Assembly: GCA_963665235.2 (NCBI GenBank)
Contig: CAXXLX010000001.1
Location: 4,300,705-4,364,704 of the forward strand
Origin: Candidatus Poribacteria bacterium
GTDB taxonomy: Bacteria; Poribacteria; WGA-4E; WGA-3G
Direction of reading: 5' to 3'
DNA: 64,000 nt
Shown: positions 27,592-38,556 of the stretch, piece after piece
How positions within the stretch are numbered: position 1 is the first letter of the stretch
Layout: every line of letters starts with the position of its first letter
Notes under the pieces: generated by a model
Database searches by the model: none
Seen by the model: only the letters and a program-made list of their open reading frames with translations
What the model was told of the DNA's origin: nothing
Made by a program: the position numbers and the translations under genes

Positions 27592-29475
27592 TTATTTTAC
27601 CTCCGTGCCCGACGGAACCTCCGCTTCAGGGGTTGCTAGTACAATAGATTCACCGCTTGCGGCAAGAATCATGCCGTGCGATTCTACGTTGCGAATAGTG
27701 GCGGGCTCCAAGTTTGCCACAATTATTACCTGTTTCCCGACCAATGCGTCTGGGGTATAGTGTTCAGCAATGCCAGCAACCACTTGCCGCTGTTCAGTAC
27801 CGAGGTCCACCTGTAATTTCAGGAGACGGTCAGCCCCTTCAATCGGTTCAGCCGTGAGGATAGATGCGACCCGCAGGTCCAGTTTCTGGAAATCAGCATA
27901 AGAAACGAGAGGGCTCGTTTTAGCTTCCTTCTTTTGCTTCGGCTGTTTTTGCTGCGGCACTTTGACATCAACCCGTGGAAAAATAGGGTCGCCTCTTTTG
28001 ACTTTCAACCCTGTGGGCAAATTTCCCCATGCTGTGACACTATCAAATTCTGTCAACCCAATCTGTTTCTGAATCTTCTCAGCAGTTTCCGGAATAAAAG
28101 GCGAAATCAGCACAGAGATAACACGCAACGCCTCCAGACTATTGTAAAGGATAGTGCCCATTCTCGGTTTCGTTTCTGACTTTGCAAGTGTCCAAACCTG
28201 TGTCTCTTGTACATAACGGTTGATACGGCGCACAAATTCCCAGATAGTCTCCAAAGCAGCGTCAAACGCGAACGCCTTTATGTGTTCGTCTAATTTACCT
28301 ACCGTCTCCTGTGCCATTTCAGCGATTTCGTCATCAATTTCCTCCGGCGTTTTCGGTTCAGGAATTGCCTCGAAGTTTTTGTTGACCAACCCGAGAACAC
28401 GATTGAGTAAATTACCGAGGTCGTTCGCCAGATCGGCGTTATAACGTTCGTGCAAGCGGGTGGGTCTATAATCCCCATCGTTACCGAAACTAAATTCACG
28501 GAGCAGGTAGTAGCGAAATGCATCTAACCCATAATCTGTGATGGCTCCATCCATATCAATAGAGATGTTTCGCGTCTTGCTCAACTGCTCCCCATCCTTT
28601 GTTAACCAACCGTGTGCAACGATTTGCTTCGGAAGGGGTAAATCAAGGGCCATAAGCATCGCAGGCCACAGCAGTCCATGAAAGCGGGTGATATCCTTTG
28701 CCATCATGTGCACATTTGCAGGCCAAAACGTCTGATATCTTTCAGCATCGGTATCATAACCGAGCCCGGTTATATAGTTCGACAGTGCTTCTATCCAGAC
28801 ATAGCAGATCTGCTCCGGATCGAAAGGTAACGGGATGCCCCAGGAGACAGAGGCACGGGATATACTCTGATCTTCCAATCCAGATTCCAACACCTTGAGT
28901 AGCTCGTTGCGTCTGCTTTCCGGGTAGATAAAATCCGGGTACTTCTGAAAATGTTCAAGGAGCTTGTCCTGGTATTTGCTGAATCTAAAGAAATAGTTTT
29001 CTTCCTCCAACCATTCCAGAGGTAATTTATGAATCGGACAGATTTTTTCAGGTGTTAATTCTTTCTCCGGAAAAAAACGTTCACACGGACGACAGTAATG
29101 TCCCTCGTAAGTGCCCTTGTAAATATCCCCAGTTTCATAGAGTGCTGTAAGAAATTTCGCCACGCCGCGTTTGTGCATACTGCTTGTGGTACGCAGAAAA
29201 ATATGTTCCGAGATGTTTAAACGTTTCCACAGATCAATAAATATAGGTGCCATCTTATCGCAGTATTCTTGTGGGGCGAGATTTTCGTTTTCGGCTGCTT
29301 TATGTACGTTCGCACCGTGCTCATCAACCCCCGTCAGGAAAAGAACGGCATCCCCTTTGAGGCGGTGGCGGTGATACCGTGCCAAAACATCGGCAGCGAT
29401 AGTGGTGTAAGCATGACCCGCATGCGGCTCACCGTTCACGTAATAGATAGGCGTAGTGACGTAAAATGTACTCAT
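27592..29475 (-). CDS. metG: Methionine--tRNA ligase with C-terminal tRNA-binding domain
   Basis: TTPIYYVNGEPHAGHAY, GVDEHG, KDITRFH, LANDLGNL; Trbp111-like tail. Confidence 0.96.
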   Translation of the reverse strand: MSTFYVTTPIYYVNGEPHAGHAYTTIAADVLARYHRHRLKGDAVLFLTGVDEHGANVHKAAENENLAPQEYCDKMAPIFIDLWKRLNISEHIFLRTTSSMHKRGVAKFLTALYETGDIYKGTYEGHYCRPCERFFPEKELTPEKICPIHKLPLEWLEEENYFFRFSKYQDKLLEHFQKYPDFIYPESRRNELLKVLESGLEDQSISRASVSWGIPLPFDPEQICYVWIEALSNYITGLGYDTDAERYQTFWPANVHMMAKDITRFHGLLWPAMLMALDLPLPKQIVAHGWLTKDGEQLSKTRNISIDMDGAITDYGLDAFRYYLLREFSFGNDGDYRPTRLHERYNADLANDLGNLLNRVLGLVNKNFEAIPEPKTPEEIDDEIAEMAQETVGKLDEHIKAFAFDAALETIWEFVRRINRYVQETQVWTLAKSETKPRMGTILYNSLEALRVISVLISPFIPETAEKIQKQIGLTEFDSVTAWGNLPTGLKVKRGDPIFPRVDVKVPQQKQPKQKKEAKTSPLVSYADFQKLDLRVASILTAEPIEGADRLLKLQVDLGTEQRQVVAGIAEHYTPDALVGKQVIIVANLEPATIRNVESHGMILAASGESIVLATPEAEVPSGTEVK

Positions 29476-29607
29476 CGGATTTCCTTTTATCTGGCTAATT
29501 GCTCATGACTAATGACTTGCAGTCAAGAGGGCTCTGACCCTTTTTCCTATCTGCTGACTGCTAATTAGATTTTACCATGAACGTTTCTGTTTGTCAATAA
29601 CGCAAAT

Positions 29608-29745
29608 ACTATAAACATATCGCCCCGCTGGGGCTAGTTTGCGGGGACATTGTGTTGTCTATAAACATACCGCCCATACTGGGCTAAGAGAAGGGCAGAA
29701 ACCGCTGCGCCTATAAACATATCGTCCATACTGGACTAAGAGGAG
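29608..29745. repeat. Three copies of the CTATAAACAT..CGCCCCGCTGGGGCTA REP-like hairpin
   Basis: Same family at 43400-43480, 54000-54300 and 54756-55411. Confidence 0.7.
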
Positions 29746-29762
29746 AGACAGAAACCGAGGCA

Positions 29763-30872
29763 CTATTGTGTTAGAGAACGTTGTGCAATTGTGCGTCCCT
29801 CTTCCGTTAAGGTTAGCTGCATCTCTTCCCTATAAACATATTGATTGTTCAGGGCATGTTTAACAACCTGTAATGCAAAGTCCGGGGGCCAACGGAGGTG
29901 CTCGTGGAGGTGTGCTATTTCTGATTCTACCGCTGCTTCGGGGAGCCCCTCGTGATTCAGAAGATGGATAACCAACATCTGTTGTGCAAATTCCCATTTT
30001 TGTTGAACACGCCTACGCGCAATAGCGATAAGCCCACGGTTCGGTACGACCAGAAAAATTAATCCAAATACGAGAAGCGTCACCGTTGCAATTGCCCCGG
30101 CAATAGAGACTTCGAAGAGAACAGCGAGCCAATAACCGCTAACGGCATTCACACTGCCAATAATCGCGCTGAGGATGAGCATTCGCGTCAGACTATCTGT
30201 CATGAGATACGCAGTAGCTGGCGGCCCGGCGATCAGGGCGACGACTAAAATTGAACCGACCGCGTCAAACGCGCCGACTGTTGTCATGGAGACTAACATC
30301 ATCAAACCGTAGTGGATGAGGGTAGGGGCAAATCCAAGTGTGGCGGCGAGACTTGCATCAAAAGTGGCTAACTTCAATTCTTTATAGAACAGAAAAATAA
30401 AGAGCACATTCAGGGAAAGAATGCTCCCCATCACATATAGTGAAATAGGTCCTAAATCGTAACCGAAAGCCTCAAAACGGTGAAACGGTGCAAGCGCGAG
30501 CTCCCCAAGCAGGACAGCATCCATATCTAGATGCACATTGTTGGCAAATCGGGCAATTAGGATTACGCCTATGCTAAAAAGGGCGGGGAATACCAATCCG
30601 ATTGCAGCATCCTCTTTTAGTAGCTTCGTCCGTTGTAGCAATTCAACGAAAAGGACAGTGAGCATGCCGGTGCCAGCCGCAGCAAGAATGAGGAGCGGCG
30701 AGGAGAGACTCTCTGTAAGAAAGAAGGCAAGCACAATGCCGGGGAGAATCGCGTGACTAATCGCGTCGCTCATCAAGGTCATCCTGCGTAGCACAAGGAA
30801 TACCCCCGGTAAGGCACATGCTACTGCGACGACAATTGCAATGAGTTGGATTTCAATTTGTTGTATTTGCAT
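29763..30872 (-). CDS. Mn/Zn/Fe ABC transporter permease (TroD/MntD-like)
   Basis: GVFLVLRRMTLMSDAISHAILPG ABC-3 motif; DtxR-like C-terminal extension. Confidence 0.9.
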   Translation of the reverse strand: MQIQQIEIQLIAIVVAVACALPGVFLVLRRMTLMSDAISHAILPGIVLAFFLTESLSSPLLILAAAGTGMLTVLFVELLQRTKLLKEDAAIGLVFPALFSIGVILIARFANNVHLDMDAVLLGELALAPFHRFEAFGYDLGPISLYVMGSILSLNVLFIFLFYKELKLATFDASLAATLGFAPTLIHYGLMMLVSMTTVGAFDAVGSILVVALIAGPPATAYLMTDSLTRMLILSAIIGSVNAVSGYWLAVLFEVSIAGAIATVTLLVFGLIFLVVPNRGLIAIARRRVQQKWEFAQQMLVIHLLNHEGLPEAAVESEIAHLHEHLRWPPDFALQVVKHALNNQYVYREEMQLTLTEEGRTIAQRSLTQ

Positions 30873-30913
30873 AATGTAGCATTTGGTGCCTACAAACGGT
30901 GGGGGGCTGCCCC

Positions 30914-32614
30914 CTATTTTTCCGTAGTCGTTATCATCAGCTGCACTTCACTCTGCTGAAAGCGGGGTTTTTCATCGCTTAGCGGCGGCTCAATCGGTTT
31001 CGGTTCCTCGGTTTTTTCTATCGGCTTTAACCCTCGAAAAAGTTCAGCAGCCTTCTCTATATCCTGATTGATAAGGAGGTGATATCCATCCTCTTCCCGA
31101 GTTTCAATAGGTGGAAATTTGTCGGTGCGTGCTGCGACGTTCAGAAATTCTATGCCGAAAGGCGGGGTACACACAAACTCACCCATTTCTGCAGCACCGT
31201 TTACCGCCTCTGGACCGATATAGTGGTTGTCCTTAAGGAGTATACGTCTCCCATCGGCAAGGGTGTAAAGGAGCCGGATATACGCGGATTGATTTACGCG
31301 AACGTAGATTTTTAACCTATCGTCTTTTGTGTAATGCAGGGGACCGTGCCCTTCGCTTGTCCACACTTCGACCTTTAAACCATCAATCGGAGCAAATTGA
31401 TGTTCGCTGATTGTTTCGGCATCGCCCCGGCTATGTTCACTTCGATAATAACGTGGTTCGAAAGCCTTTTTCTGCTCTTTTGCTTTCTCATAGCCGCGCG
31501 GTTTATAGATAAACTTATCACCATCGCGCAGTTTAGAATGCAAAAACCGGACGACAGCAGTTGCGATAAATTTGCCAGTCTCTATATCGCGCAGTGTGGC
31601 TCGGAGCGTAATTTCATCGCCGTTTTCCCAGAAGGAGGGGTTGAGTCGCCACGGGTAGCGAACTCGGTTAATTTTGTTTGTGTCAATAGCGGTCTGATTA
31701 AACTCACGGACAGGCTCAACAACTATCCAGCGAAACTTTTTCTGTAGTATATTGTTGAACGTTGAGGCGAGGGGACTAATCATTTCGGAATCTTCATAAA
31801 CCAAAGGATGGACGGGGACGCTGTGCGGTTCATTGGTCTGCTGCAAAAGTTGAGAGATGAGACTCAAGCAAACGTCGTTAAAGTTGACAATGGTCTCTTC
31901 AGCAAGTTCTTCTACCCGCTTAATCACGTTCCGATGCGGTAATATCTCGCCATCTATTTGCGTTGCTGCGGTTGCCAATTGCTTGAACGTCTCACGAAAA
32001 TTAGGAGTGTATTGCGCGCCAATCTGAATAATTTCTGCCTCTTTGAGTGCTTCATAAAGCGGATAGGTTCGCAGATAAGTTCTTATCACCCCTTCTCTGT
32101 TCAACATCTCTTCTTGGCGCTTAGCAATTGCAAGCTCCATTTGAATTTGTAAGCGTAGCATCGAAGCGCGAGCAGCGTAAAGTTCCTTAAGTTCGGCGCG
32201 CTTAATATAGACGAGGGAATATGTTTCCTTGTCGTCTTGGCGTGCCATATCAACGGTAAGGTTCCGAACTTTAAGACTTTCTAATTTGAGAGCGGGGACG
32301 ACTTGCCGCCATGAACAGTAATCTTCCAGGACTGCACTATAGTGTTCCCGAACCATATCGTACTCCAGTTCATCCTGGTTGGAACGAATGATATGGGATA
32401 CCTTTCTGAGAATCTTCGCGGCGACTTTTCTATGGGCTTCAGCGGTAGCGTTTTTAAAGGCTTCCTCCCCGGAGGCCGTACCGATATCACGGAGGTATGT
32501 GTCAGCTGGATACTTCTTGAGTTCAGGTAAAATCCACCCTGGCAGTGCCCAGGTCACGGATGATGTGAAAAAGGTTATAGATATAAATATAAAAATAAAA
32601 AGCAGTTTTCGCAT
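30914..32614 (-). CDS. Secreted protein, LPP20-like N-terminus and DUF4384-like C-terminal domain
   Basis: Signal peptide; LPGWI; Y..DDRLKIYVRVNQSAYIRL...CTPPFGIE pattern. Confidence 0.6.
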   Translation of the reverse strand: MRKLLFIFIFISITFFTSSVTWALPGWILPELKKYPADTYLRDIGTASGEEAFKNATAEAHRKVAAKILRKVSHIIRSNQDELEYDMVREHYSAVLEDYCSWRQVVPALKLESLKVRNLTVDMARQDDKETYSLVYIKRAELKELYAARASMLRLQIQMELAIAKRQEEMLNREGVIRTYLRTYPLYEALKEAEIIQIGAQYTPNFRETFKQLATAATQIDGEILPHRNVIKRVEELAEETIVNFNDVCLSLISQLLQQTNEPHSVPVHPLVYEDSEMISPLASTFNNILQKKFRWIVVEPVREFNQTAIDTNKINRVRYPWRLNPSFWENGDEITLRATLRDIETGKFIATAVVRFLHSKLRDGDKFIYKPRGYEKAKEQKKAFEPRYYRSEHSRGDAETISEHQFAPIDGLKVEVWTSEGHGPLHYTKDDRLKIYVRVNQSAYIRLLYTLADGRRILLKDNHYIGPEAVNGAAEMGEFVCTPPFGIEFLNVAARTDKFPPIETREEDGYHLLINQDIEKAAELFRGLKPIEKTEEPKPIEPPLSDEKPRFQQSEVQLMITTTEK

Positions 32615-32656
32615 AGGTTGAGTTCTCCTTAATTTAAGAAATTGCAAATTGAGTGC

Positions 32657-35272
32657 TTAGTCTATGGCAAAAAACAGGAAATTGCTTCCTGGTTCATCGA
32701 TTCCGAAGCTGTCTGAGCGCGGTTTAGGATTAACGCCCTCCATTTCACTCACAATTTCAGCAATCGTTAGGATATTGTCGCCCCCCCCTTTACTTCGTAA
32801 TGCCTTAAGGAGGGCTCTAACAAACGCGGATTCATCAGGCACCTGCTCCTTACCGCCGGATGTCAAGTACCGCCGGGTAGTGTATTTAAAGTTCCGTATG
32901 ATATCGCGTTCTGTGAGAGATTCAGGGCTGCCGCGCATAGCAATTTCCCGATCGAATGTCCCGCTGTAGCAGGTATCCAGGACCAAAAAGATATGTTTAC
33001 AATTCATCCTATTCACAATATCGTGAATTTCTGAGTGCGACACGTAGCTTATAATTGCATCTTTATCTGATGGCAATTTTGTATCGCGTGCGACAAGGTA
33101 GCCGCCTTTGAATGCCTCATCAAAGTGTCCGTGTCCGGCGAAGAAGATGAACAGTTGCGCATCCTCCGGGTAGTCTTTCTTTGCGTATTCACGGAACGCT
33201 TCAAATATATCTGCCTTCGTTGGGTTTTTGATTAACCGTGTTTGAAAGCCGTATAGGTCCTCTAAATCTCGTTGGACAGCTTCCGCGTCAGAAACCGGTT
33301 TACGAAGTTTGGGCCAATTGTCATAGTCTTCGACGGCAAACAACAAGGCGTAGTCCTTTCCTTCCCTGATGTTTCGTGGCCGGTGGATGACAATTTCCTT
33401 ATAGGATTGGTTTCCCAGCATATCTGTGGCGACAACATGCACAGAATTTTCCCCATAAATTAGTGAAACCGAAGTGGAGAATTCCTTTCCTCTCAACTGG
33501 ACGTTTATATTGCCTATCCTGATTTCGGATACGCCATCGTCATCCTCAACTTCACCGGCGACAGTCGTGGTGGCATCGTATATGGTGATTATAGGTTTGA
33601 TACCCCGTTTAGCACTTGCCTCCGGTGGTTGGAGTATGCGAATCACAGGTCCCGGATTCGGAAAGCGCCTCGGAAAGGCTCGAGAGATAGTGAAGCGGTT
33701 TGTATCCATGTTGCCGTGTCTGTCTGTAGCAGCGATACGAATCTCGTTTTCACCGTAAGAGAGTGGTACTGTTGCCGTAAATACCCCATCCTCAGAAAGA
33801 TAGACCTCCTTGTTATTGACCTTTACTGTGCTAACGTTGTTATCGTCGGTAACACTGCCTCGGAAACTGAAGTACTCATGTTCAGCAGTGACCTGATTCT
33901 GTCTCTGTAAATCGAGAGAGATAGTCGGTGGATTCGGGTCTAATGGAACGGGCCGGAGGACAATAAGTCGGTTTGTATCCATGTTTCCGTGTGTGTCTAT
34001 CGCTGTGATACGGATTTCGTTTTTACCGCCACCCAATTCGACAGACGTACTAAATCTACCTTCTGCCAAGACCTCCACCTCTAATCCATTGACTTTGACT
34101 TCGGCAATACCGTTGTTGTCTGTAACTTGTCCACGAATAGTAAGGTATTCCGTAGTATAGGGTACAATACGCCCGGTAGGCGAGATGATTTCAATATTAG
34201 GGGCGGTTGTATCTGCTAAAATGGCGGTAGGTTTAGGCAAAACGTTAATTTCAGGCGGAACGACATTGAAATGCGAAAGATCCCAGAGCAGTACAGTCCG
34301 ATCGCGACTGCCACTTGCGAGTGTTCTTCCATCCAGTGAAAACGCGACAGAGGTTACCTTGCCAGTATGCCCACTAAGCGTTTTAAACATCTGCCGATCA
34401 ACAACATCCCAAAGTTTTACAGTGTCGTCACCACAGCCTGCGGCGAGATACTTTCCATCCGGTGAAAACGCCAATGCTGTGGCGTAAACCTGGTGGGTAC
34501 TATTAACCCTATTAACAGTAAAGCTTACGAAGGCTTCGCCAGAAGATATTCGCCAGAGCTTGATAGTTTTATCACGGCTGGCGGTTGCAAGCATGTCTCC
34601 ATTCGGTGAAAACGTCACGGCGTACACAACCCCTTTGTGTTTCATAGAAGGTTTCCGTATCTGTTGACCCGTAACATCCCACAATTTAACAGTCCCATCA
34701 CGATCGGTTGATGCAAGCAGGTTTCCATCGGGCGAAAACGCGATGGATTCGACGATATCGCTATGTCCGGCACTCGGGGCGATGCGACTATTTCGCGAAA
34801 TATCGCGAAACATAACAGTACCCTTCTGATCGCCACCCCCGCTGGCAAGTACCTCTCCATCCGGTGAAAATACAACTGACTTCACATCGCCGTCGTGTTT
34901 ATGTTGAAAGGCTCTGAGTCTATTTTCGGAAATAACGTCCCATACCCTAACAAAACCATCAAGACTTGCTGATGCAAGCAGTTGTCCATCGGGTGAAAAC
35001 GCCACCGACATAACCGATTTACTGTGTCCTCCGAAAACTCTACTTTTATCTCTATTCTCAACATCCCACAAGACAACGGTGCTGTTATCACCACCGATTG
35101 CAAGAAGCTGCCCATCCGGTGAAAACGCAACAGCGTACACATCCGCTCTATAGTTAAATTGTGCTATCGCTCCGGCAGGAAGTTCAGCATGGCCTCGCTG
35201 CCCCTCCGAGGCAGCGAGGCTCAGTAGACATATTAGAGCAATGGTATAAGCGAGAAAAATTTTGCGTTTCAT
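32657..35272 (-). CDS. Secreted WD40-repeat + Ig-like repeats + caspase-like (peptidase C14) protein
   Basis: Seven VAFSPDG..LAS...D.TV.LWD repeats; three G.VTD.NG...V.VNG Ig-like units; catalytic FFAGHG and LDTCYSG. Confidence 0.88.
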   Translation of the reverse strand: MKRKIFLAYTIALICLLSLAASEGQRGHAELPAGAIAQFNYRADVYAVAFSPDGQLLAIGGDNSTVVLWDVENRDKSRVFGGHSKSVMSVAFSPDGQLLASASLDGFVRVWDVISENRLRAFQHKHDGDVKSVVFSPDGEVLASGGGDQKGTVMFRDISRNSRIAPSAGHSDIVESIAFSPDGNLLASTDRDGTVKLWDVTGQQIRKPSMKHKGVVYAVTFSPNGDMLATASRDKTIKLWRISSGEAFVSFTVNRVNSTHQVYATALAFSPDGKYLAAGCGDDTVKLWDVVDRQMFKTLSGHTGKVTSVAFSLDGRTLASGSRDRTVLLWDLSHFNVVPPEINVLPKPTAILADTTAPNIEIISPTGRIVPYTTEYLTIRGQVTDNNGIAEVKVNGLEVEVLAEGRFSTSVELGGGKNEIRITAIDTHGNMDTNRLIVLRPVPLDPNPPTISLDLQRQNQVTAEHEYFSFRGSVTDDNNVSTVKVNNKEVYLSEDGVFTATVPLSYGENEIRIAATDRHGNMDTNRFTISRAFPRRFPNPGPVIRILQPPEASAKRGIKPIITIYDATTTVAGEVEDDDGVSEIRIGNINVQLRGKEFSTSVSLIYGENSVHVVATDMLGNQSYKEIVIHRPRNIREGKDYALLFAVEDYDNWPKLRKPVSDAEAVQRDLEDLYGFQTRLIKNPTKADIFEAFREYAKKDYPEDAQLFIFFAGHGHFDEAFKGGYLVARDTKLPSDKDAIISYVSHSEIHDIVNRMNCKHIFLVLDTCYSGTFDREIAMRGSPESLTERDIIRNFKYTTRRYLTSGGKEQVPDESAFVRALLKALRSKGGGDNILTIAEIVSEMEGVNPKPRSDSFGIDEPGSNFLFFAID

Positions 35273-35308
35273 TCACTTTCTCCTAAAACGTGTTTTGTTA
35301 GCAAAGGT

Positions 35309-36364
35309 TCACTCTGTAATTTCCAGTTTTTTCTCAATATCGGGATGAATAACACCGCTAGATGTCTCAAAACGGAGGGTGACCGACACCGTTTTTTGTT
35401 GTCCATCCGCATTTATCATGCAACGCAATGCTTTAGTTTCTGATTCGCCGTGCGCGATGTTCCCAAACTTTAGCTCCCAATCATTGAAATCCGGATTGCC
35501 ACTGATGGTTTTTACGGTTAACCCGGTAAGTACAGCACTGCTGGTATTTCTCACACGGACTGTTAATGTCGTTTTTTCCCCGGCGCGTAAACGGGCTTTG
35601 CTCCAGTTTGCATCTACTTGAACCTGGTGGGCAGAACGGATAGGGGGTTCTAAATCAAACTGTGTGATGGGTTCTGAAGGCACAGAGAGCCCTGAAACAG
35701 TGTAATCTTTTTTGTACCGCTTTCCGCCAACCTCTGTAGACACTCGAAACTTAAGCGATTCAATGTTTCGGAGGTATGGTGGATTGCCGAGATCTGCTAG
35801 AAAATCTCTGAACTCAATCCGTTCGGTCCCAGTTATTGTGGTGTAATTTGTGCTAAGTCCTGCCTGGTCGGGAAGTTCAATGCGGTAGGGATGTCCTGTC
35901 AGCGGTTGTTTTGGCTGTTTTATGTTATGCCGATCGAACGTATAGGCGAAACCCCAGTAAAGTAGAATGTCTATCGGCACGCCTATCAGGACCGCCTTTT
36001 CCCACAGTTCCGAATCTTCCCAGTCGAAAGTATCATCTGAAAAGTCAAACGTATTATCGTGGTCCCAATTGTCGTAGAAAACTTTTCCTAAAAGTCCGAG
36101 AGCAGCAAGTCCTATTCCCAGGTCGTTAAGTGTTATCCGGGGTTTATAGATATTATAGGGTTGACGTTCTAGCTTTACAGTGAGACTGTTGTCTATTGCA
36201 TCAAAACCGACTTGGAAGTCCAGTGCCATGTTGATTTTATTGGCGTTTTTGACACCGTATCCCATCCGAGTTTCAGCGAATCGTGCTACCGAGCAACCTG
36301 TTATATTTAATATTAATATCAAAAAACTGAGTGTCAATAGGAGTGAGCTTTGTTTCATAAACAC
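35309..36364 (-). CDS. Hypothetical lipoprotein with C-terminal Ig-like domain
   Basis: Lipobox ITGC; LRAGEKTTLTVRVRNTS CARDB-like segment. Confidence 0.65.
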   Translation of the reverse strand: MFMKQSSLLLTLSFLILILNITGCSVARFAETRMGYGVKNANKINMALDFQVGFDAIDNSLTVKLERQPYNIYKPRITLNDLGIGLAALGLLGKVFYDNWDHDNTFDFSDDTFDWEDSELWEKAVLIGVPIDILLYWGFAYTFDRHNIKQPKQPLTGHPYRIELPDQAGLSTNYTTITGTERIEFRDFLADLGNPPYLRNIESLKFRVSTEVGGKRYKKDYTVSGLSVPSEPITQFDLEPPIRSAHQVQVDANWSKARLRAGEKTTLTVRVRNTSSAVLTGLTVKTISGNPDFNDWELKFGNIAHGESETKALRCMINADGQQKTVSVTLRFETSSGVIHPDIEKKLEITE

Positions 36365-36410
36365 CTACTATTTTAATTTTGGGACGAATGCTGATTTTTG
36401 TATAAGTATA

Positions 36411-36560
36411 CCCAAGTTGCTACTTATAAGTTTTTAGACTTGGAAACACCGTCTTTAATGGAAACATGCTGATAATGAGCTAATATTTGTAGCGTCCACT
36501 TTTAGTTTGCACACAAATATGCACAATCTGGAAGATTATGCTACTATGTGGCAACTTAGG
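36411..36560. mobile_element. MITE family C copy 2
   Basis: Same TIRs as 9091-9240; flanked by a direct duplication TATAAGTATA. Confidence 0.85.
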
Positions 36561-36850
36561 TATAAGTATACAAAATTTGCATAAAAATTTCAAGAGGATA
36601 ATAAATTTGAGTGTGTAAATATTTCGTACTTATGTGTCAATAATGCGGAAAACACGCTAAACCTCCAATCACAAAACTTCGATTGTTACGCAGGTTAAAA
36701 TCCGCGTAATCCGATAAATCCGCGATAATCTGCGATTTGCGGCGTACTCGCCCAAATGCGCCGGGCATTCAGACAACACACACGCTAAATCCCTTCTTCC
36801 ATTCTTCCTCTCTTCCACCCTTCCAATTTTCCAATCTTCGCGAACCGGCA

Positions 36851-37798
36851 TTAGAGCGAATCACCCTCTTGACGGGGTTGCTCTAATAACCGGCTTGCTG
36901 CCATTTTTAGACTTTGTTCGTTGCGTCGCTGTCGCACCCGGTGCCAGACAAGCCCACGGTTCGGTGCAAAGGCAATTGAGAATCCCACGACGGCTGTTGC
37001 ACAGAGGACAATCGTTGGACCGGTGGGGATACGGGCAGCACTGCTGCTGATAAGGGTTCCGCTTACACCTGCAAGCGCGCCGAAGCACGCAGCGAGAAAC
37101 ACCATCAACCCGAGCCGGTCCGTCCACTGCCGCGCAGCAACGGCTGGCGCGACCAACATTGCACTCATTAACACCGCACCGACCGCTTGCAAACCGAGGA
37201 CGATTGCGATTACGAGAAGACTTGTTAAAAGAACGTCAAGTGCGCGGATAGGGAAACCGAGCGAAGCAGCGAAACCCTCATCGAAAACCAACAGTTTCAA
37301 CTCTTTCCAAAAAACGAGCATAACGATAATGGCGATACCGCCGAGGATGCCTATTGTTAAAACATCCCGTTTCAGAATTGTGGCGGCTTGTCCGAAGAGA
37401 AACGTATCCAACCCCGCTTGATTCGCATTGCCGGTGCGCTGAATAAGTGTATGGAGTACGAGACCGAATCCGAAGAAGGTCGAAAGCACGATGGCGAGCG
37501 CGCTATCGTCCTTAATCCGTGTGAGCCGCACAATACTCATAATGAGCAACGTGCCTAACCAGCCTGCTATTGCCGCACCGAGAACGAGAATCAGCGGCGT
37601 TTTGCTGCCTGTGAGGAGAAAGGCAATTGCAATGCCGGGCAGGGCAGCATGTGAGATGGCATCCCCAAGCAAGCTCTGCCGACGCAAAACGGCGTAGGTA
37701 CCGAGTGAGCCGCTGACTGTTCCAAGCAGTGCTGTCCCTGCAGTGACAACCATCAGTGTATAATCAAAAAGAATAGGTATTTGTAAAAAATTGCGCAT
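36851..37798 (-). CDS. Mn/Zn/Fe ABC transporter permease (TroC/MntC-like)
   Basis: GTYAVLRRQSLLGDAISHAALPG; start taken at MRNFL. Confidence 0.9.
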   Translation of the reverse strand: MRNFLQIPILFDYTLMVVTAGTALLGTVSGSLGTYAVLRRQSLLGDAISHAALPGIAIAFLLTGSKTPLILVLGAAIAGWLGTLLIMSIVRLTRIKDDSALAIVLSTFFGFGLVLHTLIQRTGNANQAGLDTFLFGQAATILKRDVLTIGILGGIAIIVMLVFWKELKLLVFDEGFAASLGFPIRALDVLLTSLLVIAIVLGLQAVGAVLMSAMLVAPAVAARQWTDRLGLMVFLAACFGALAGVSGTLISSSAARIPTGPTIVLCATAVVGFSIAFAPNRGLVWHRVRQRRNEQSLKMAASRLLEQPRQEGDSL

Positions 37799-37811
37799 GA
37801 TTTGGGTGCTA

Positions 37812-38555
37812 TCACCTGTTTTTGATGAAGGCAACACGGCCGCCATAAGTCTCCCGTAAATTTTCGGAAGTGAACGTTTCCTCAACGGGGCCACTGGCGA
37901 TGCGCCGCACGTTCAATAGCGTCACCCAATCGAAGTAGTCGGTGACGGTTTGGAGGTCATGGTGTACCACAACGACAGTTTTGCCATTTTCACGGAGTTC
38001 TTGCAATAAAGCGATGATAGCGCGTTCGGTGGTAGCATCTACCCCCTGGAAGGGTTCATCCATCAGATAGATTGTAGCATCTTGGACGAGTGCGCGTGCA
38101 AGAAAAACGCGTTGCTGTTGTCCACCGGAGAGTTGGCTTATTTGTCGGGAGGTATACGTCTCCATTCCGACCTTCTCCAACGCCTGCATTGCGAGTTCGC
38201 GTTCCCGTTTTCCCGGACGCCGTATCCATCCCAATGTGCCGTATCGACCCATCATGACGACATCTAATACGTTCGTTGGAAAATCCCAGTCAACACTGCC
38301 ACGTTGTGGTACATAACCGACAATGCGGCGTTGTGCTTCATAAGGTTTATTGTAAATTAGGACGCGTCCTGCAGCGGGACGTACCAACCCTAAAATGGCC
38401 TTAATTAGCGTGGTTTTACCAGCACCGTTGGGGCCGACAATTGCCAGAAGTACGCCTGGGGGCACATTTAGGTCAACATCCCACAAAACAGGTGTCTCCT
38501 GATAGGCAACTGTCAAGTCAGTTACCTCAATAGCTTTGGCATCAAGTTCGCGCAC
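37812..38555 (-). CDS. Metal ABC transporter ATP-binding protein (TroB/MntB-like)
   Basis: [28 protein letters not shown]. Confidence 0.93.
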   Translation of the reverse strand: MRELDAKAIEVTDLTVAYQETPVLWDVDLNVPPGVLLAIVGPNGAGKTTLIKAILGLVRPAAGRVLIYNKPYEAQRRIVGYVPQRGSVDWDFPTNVLDVVMMGRYGTLGWIRRPGKRERELAMQALEKVGMETYTSRQISQLSGGQQQRVFLARALVQDATIYLMDEPFQGVDATTERAIIALLQELRENGKTVVVVHHDLQTVTDYFDWVTLLNVRRIASGPVEETFTSENLRETYGGRVAFIKNR

Positions 38556-38556
38556 T

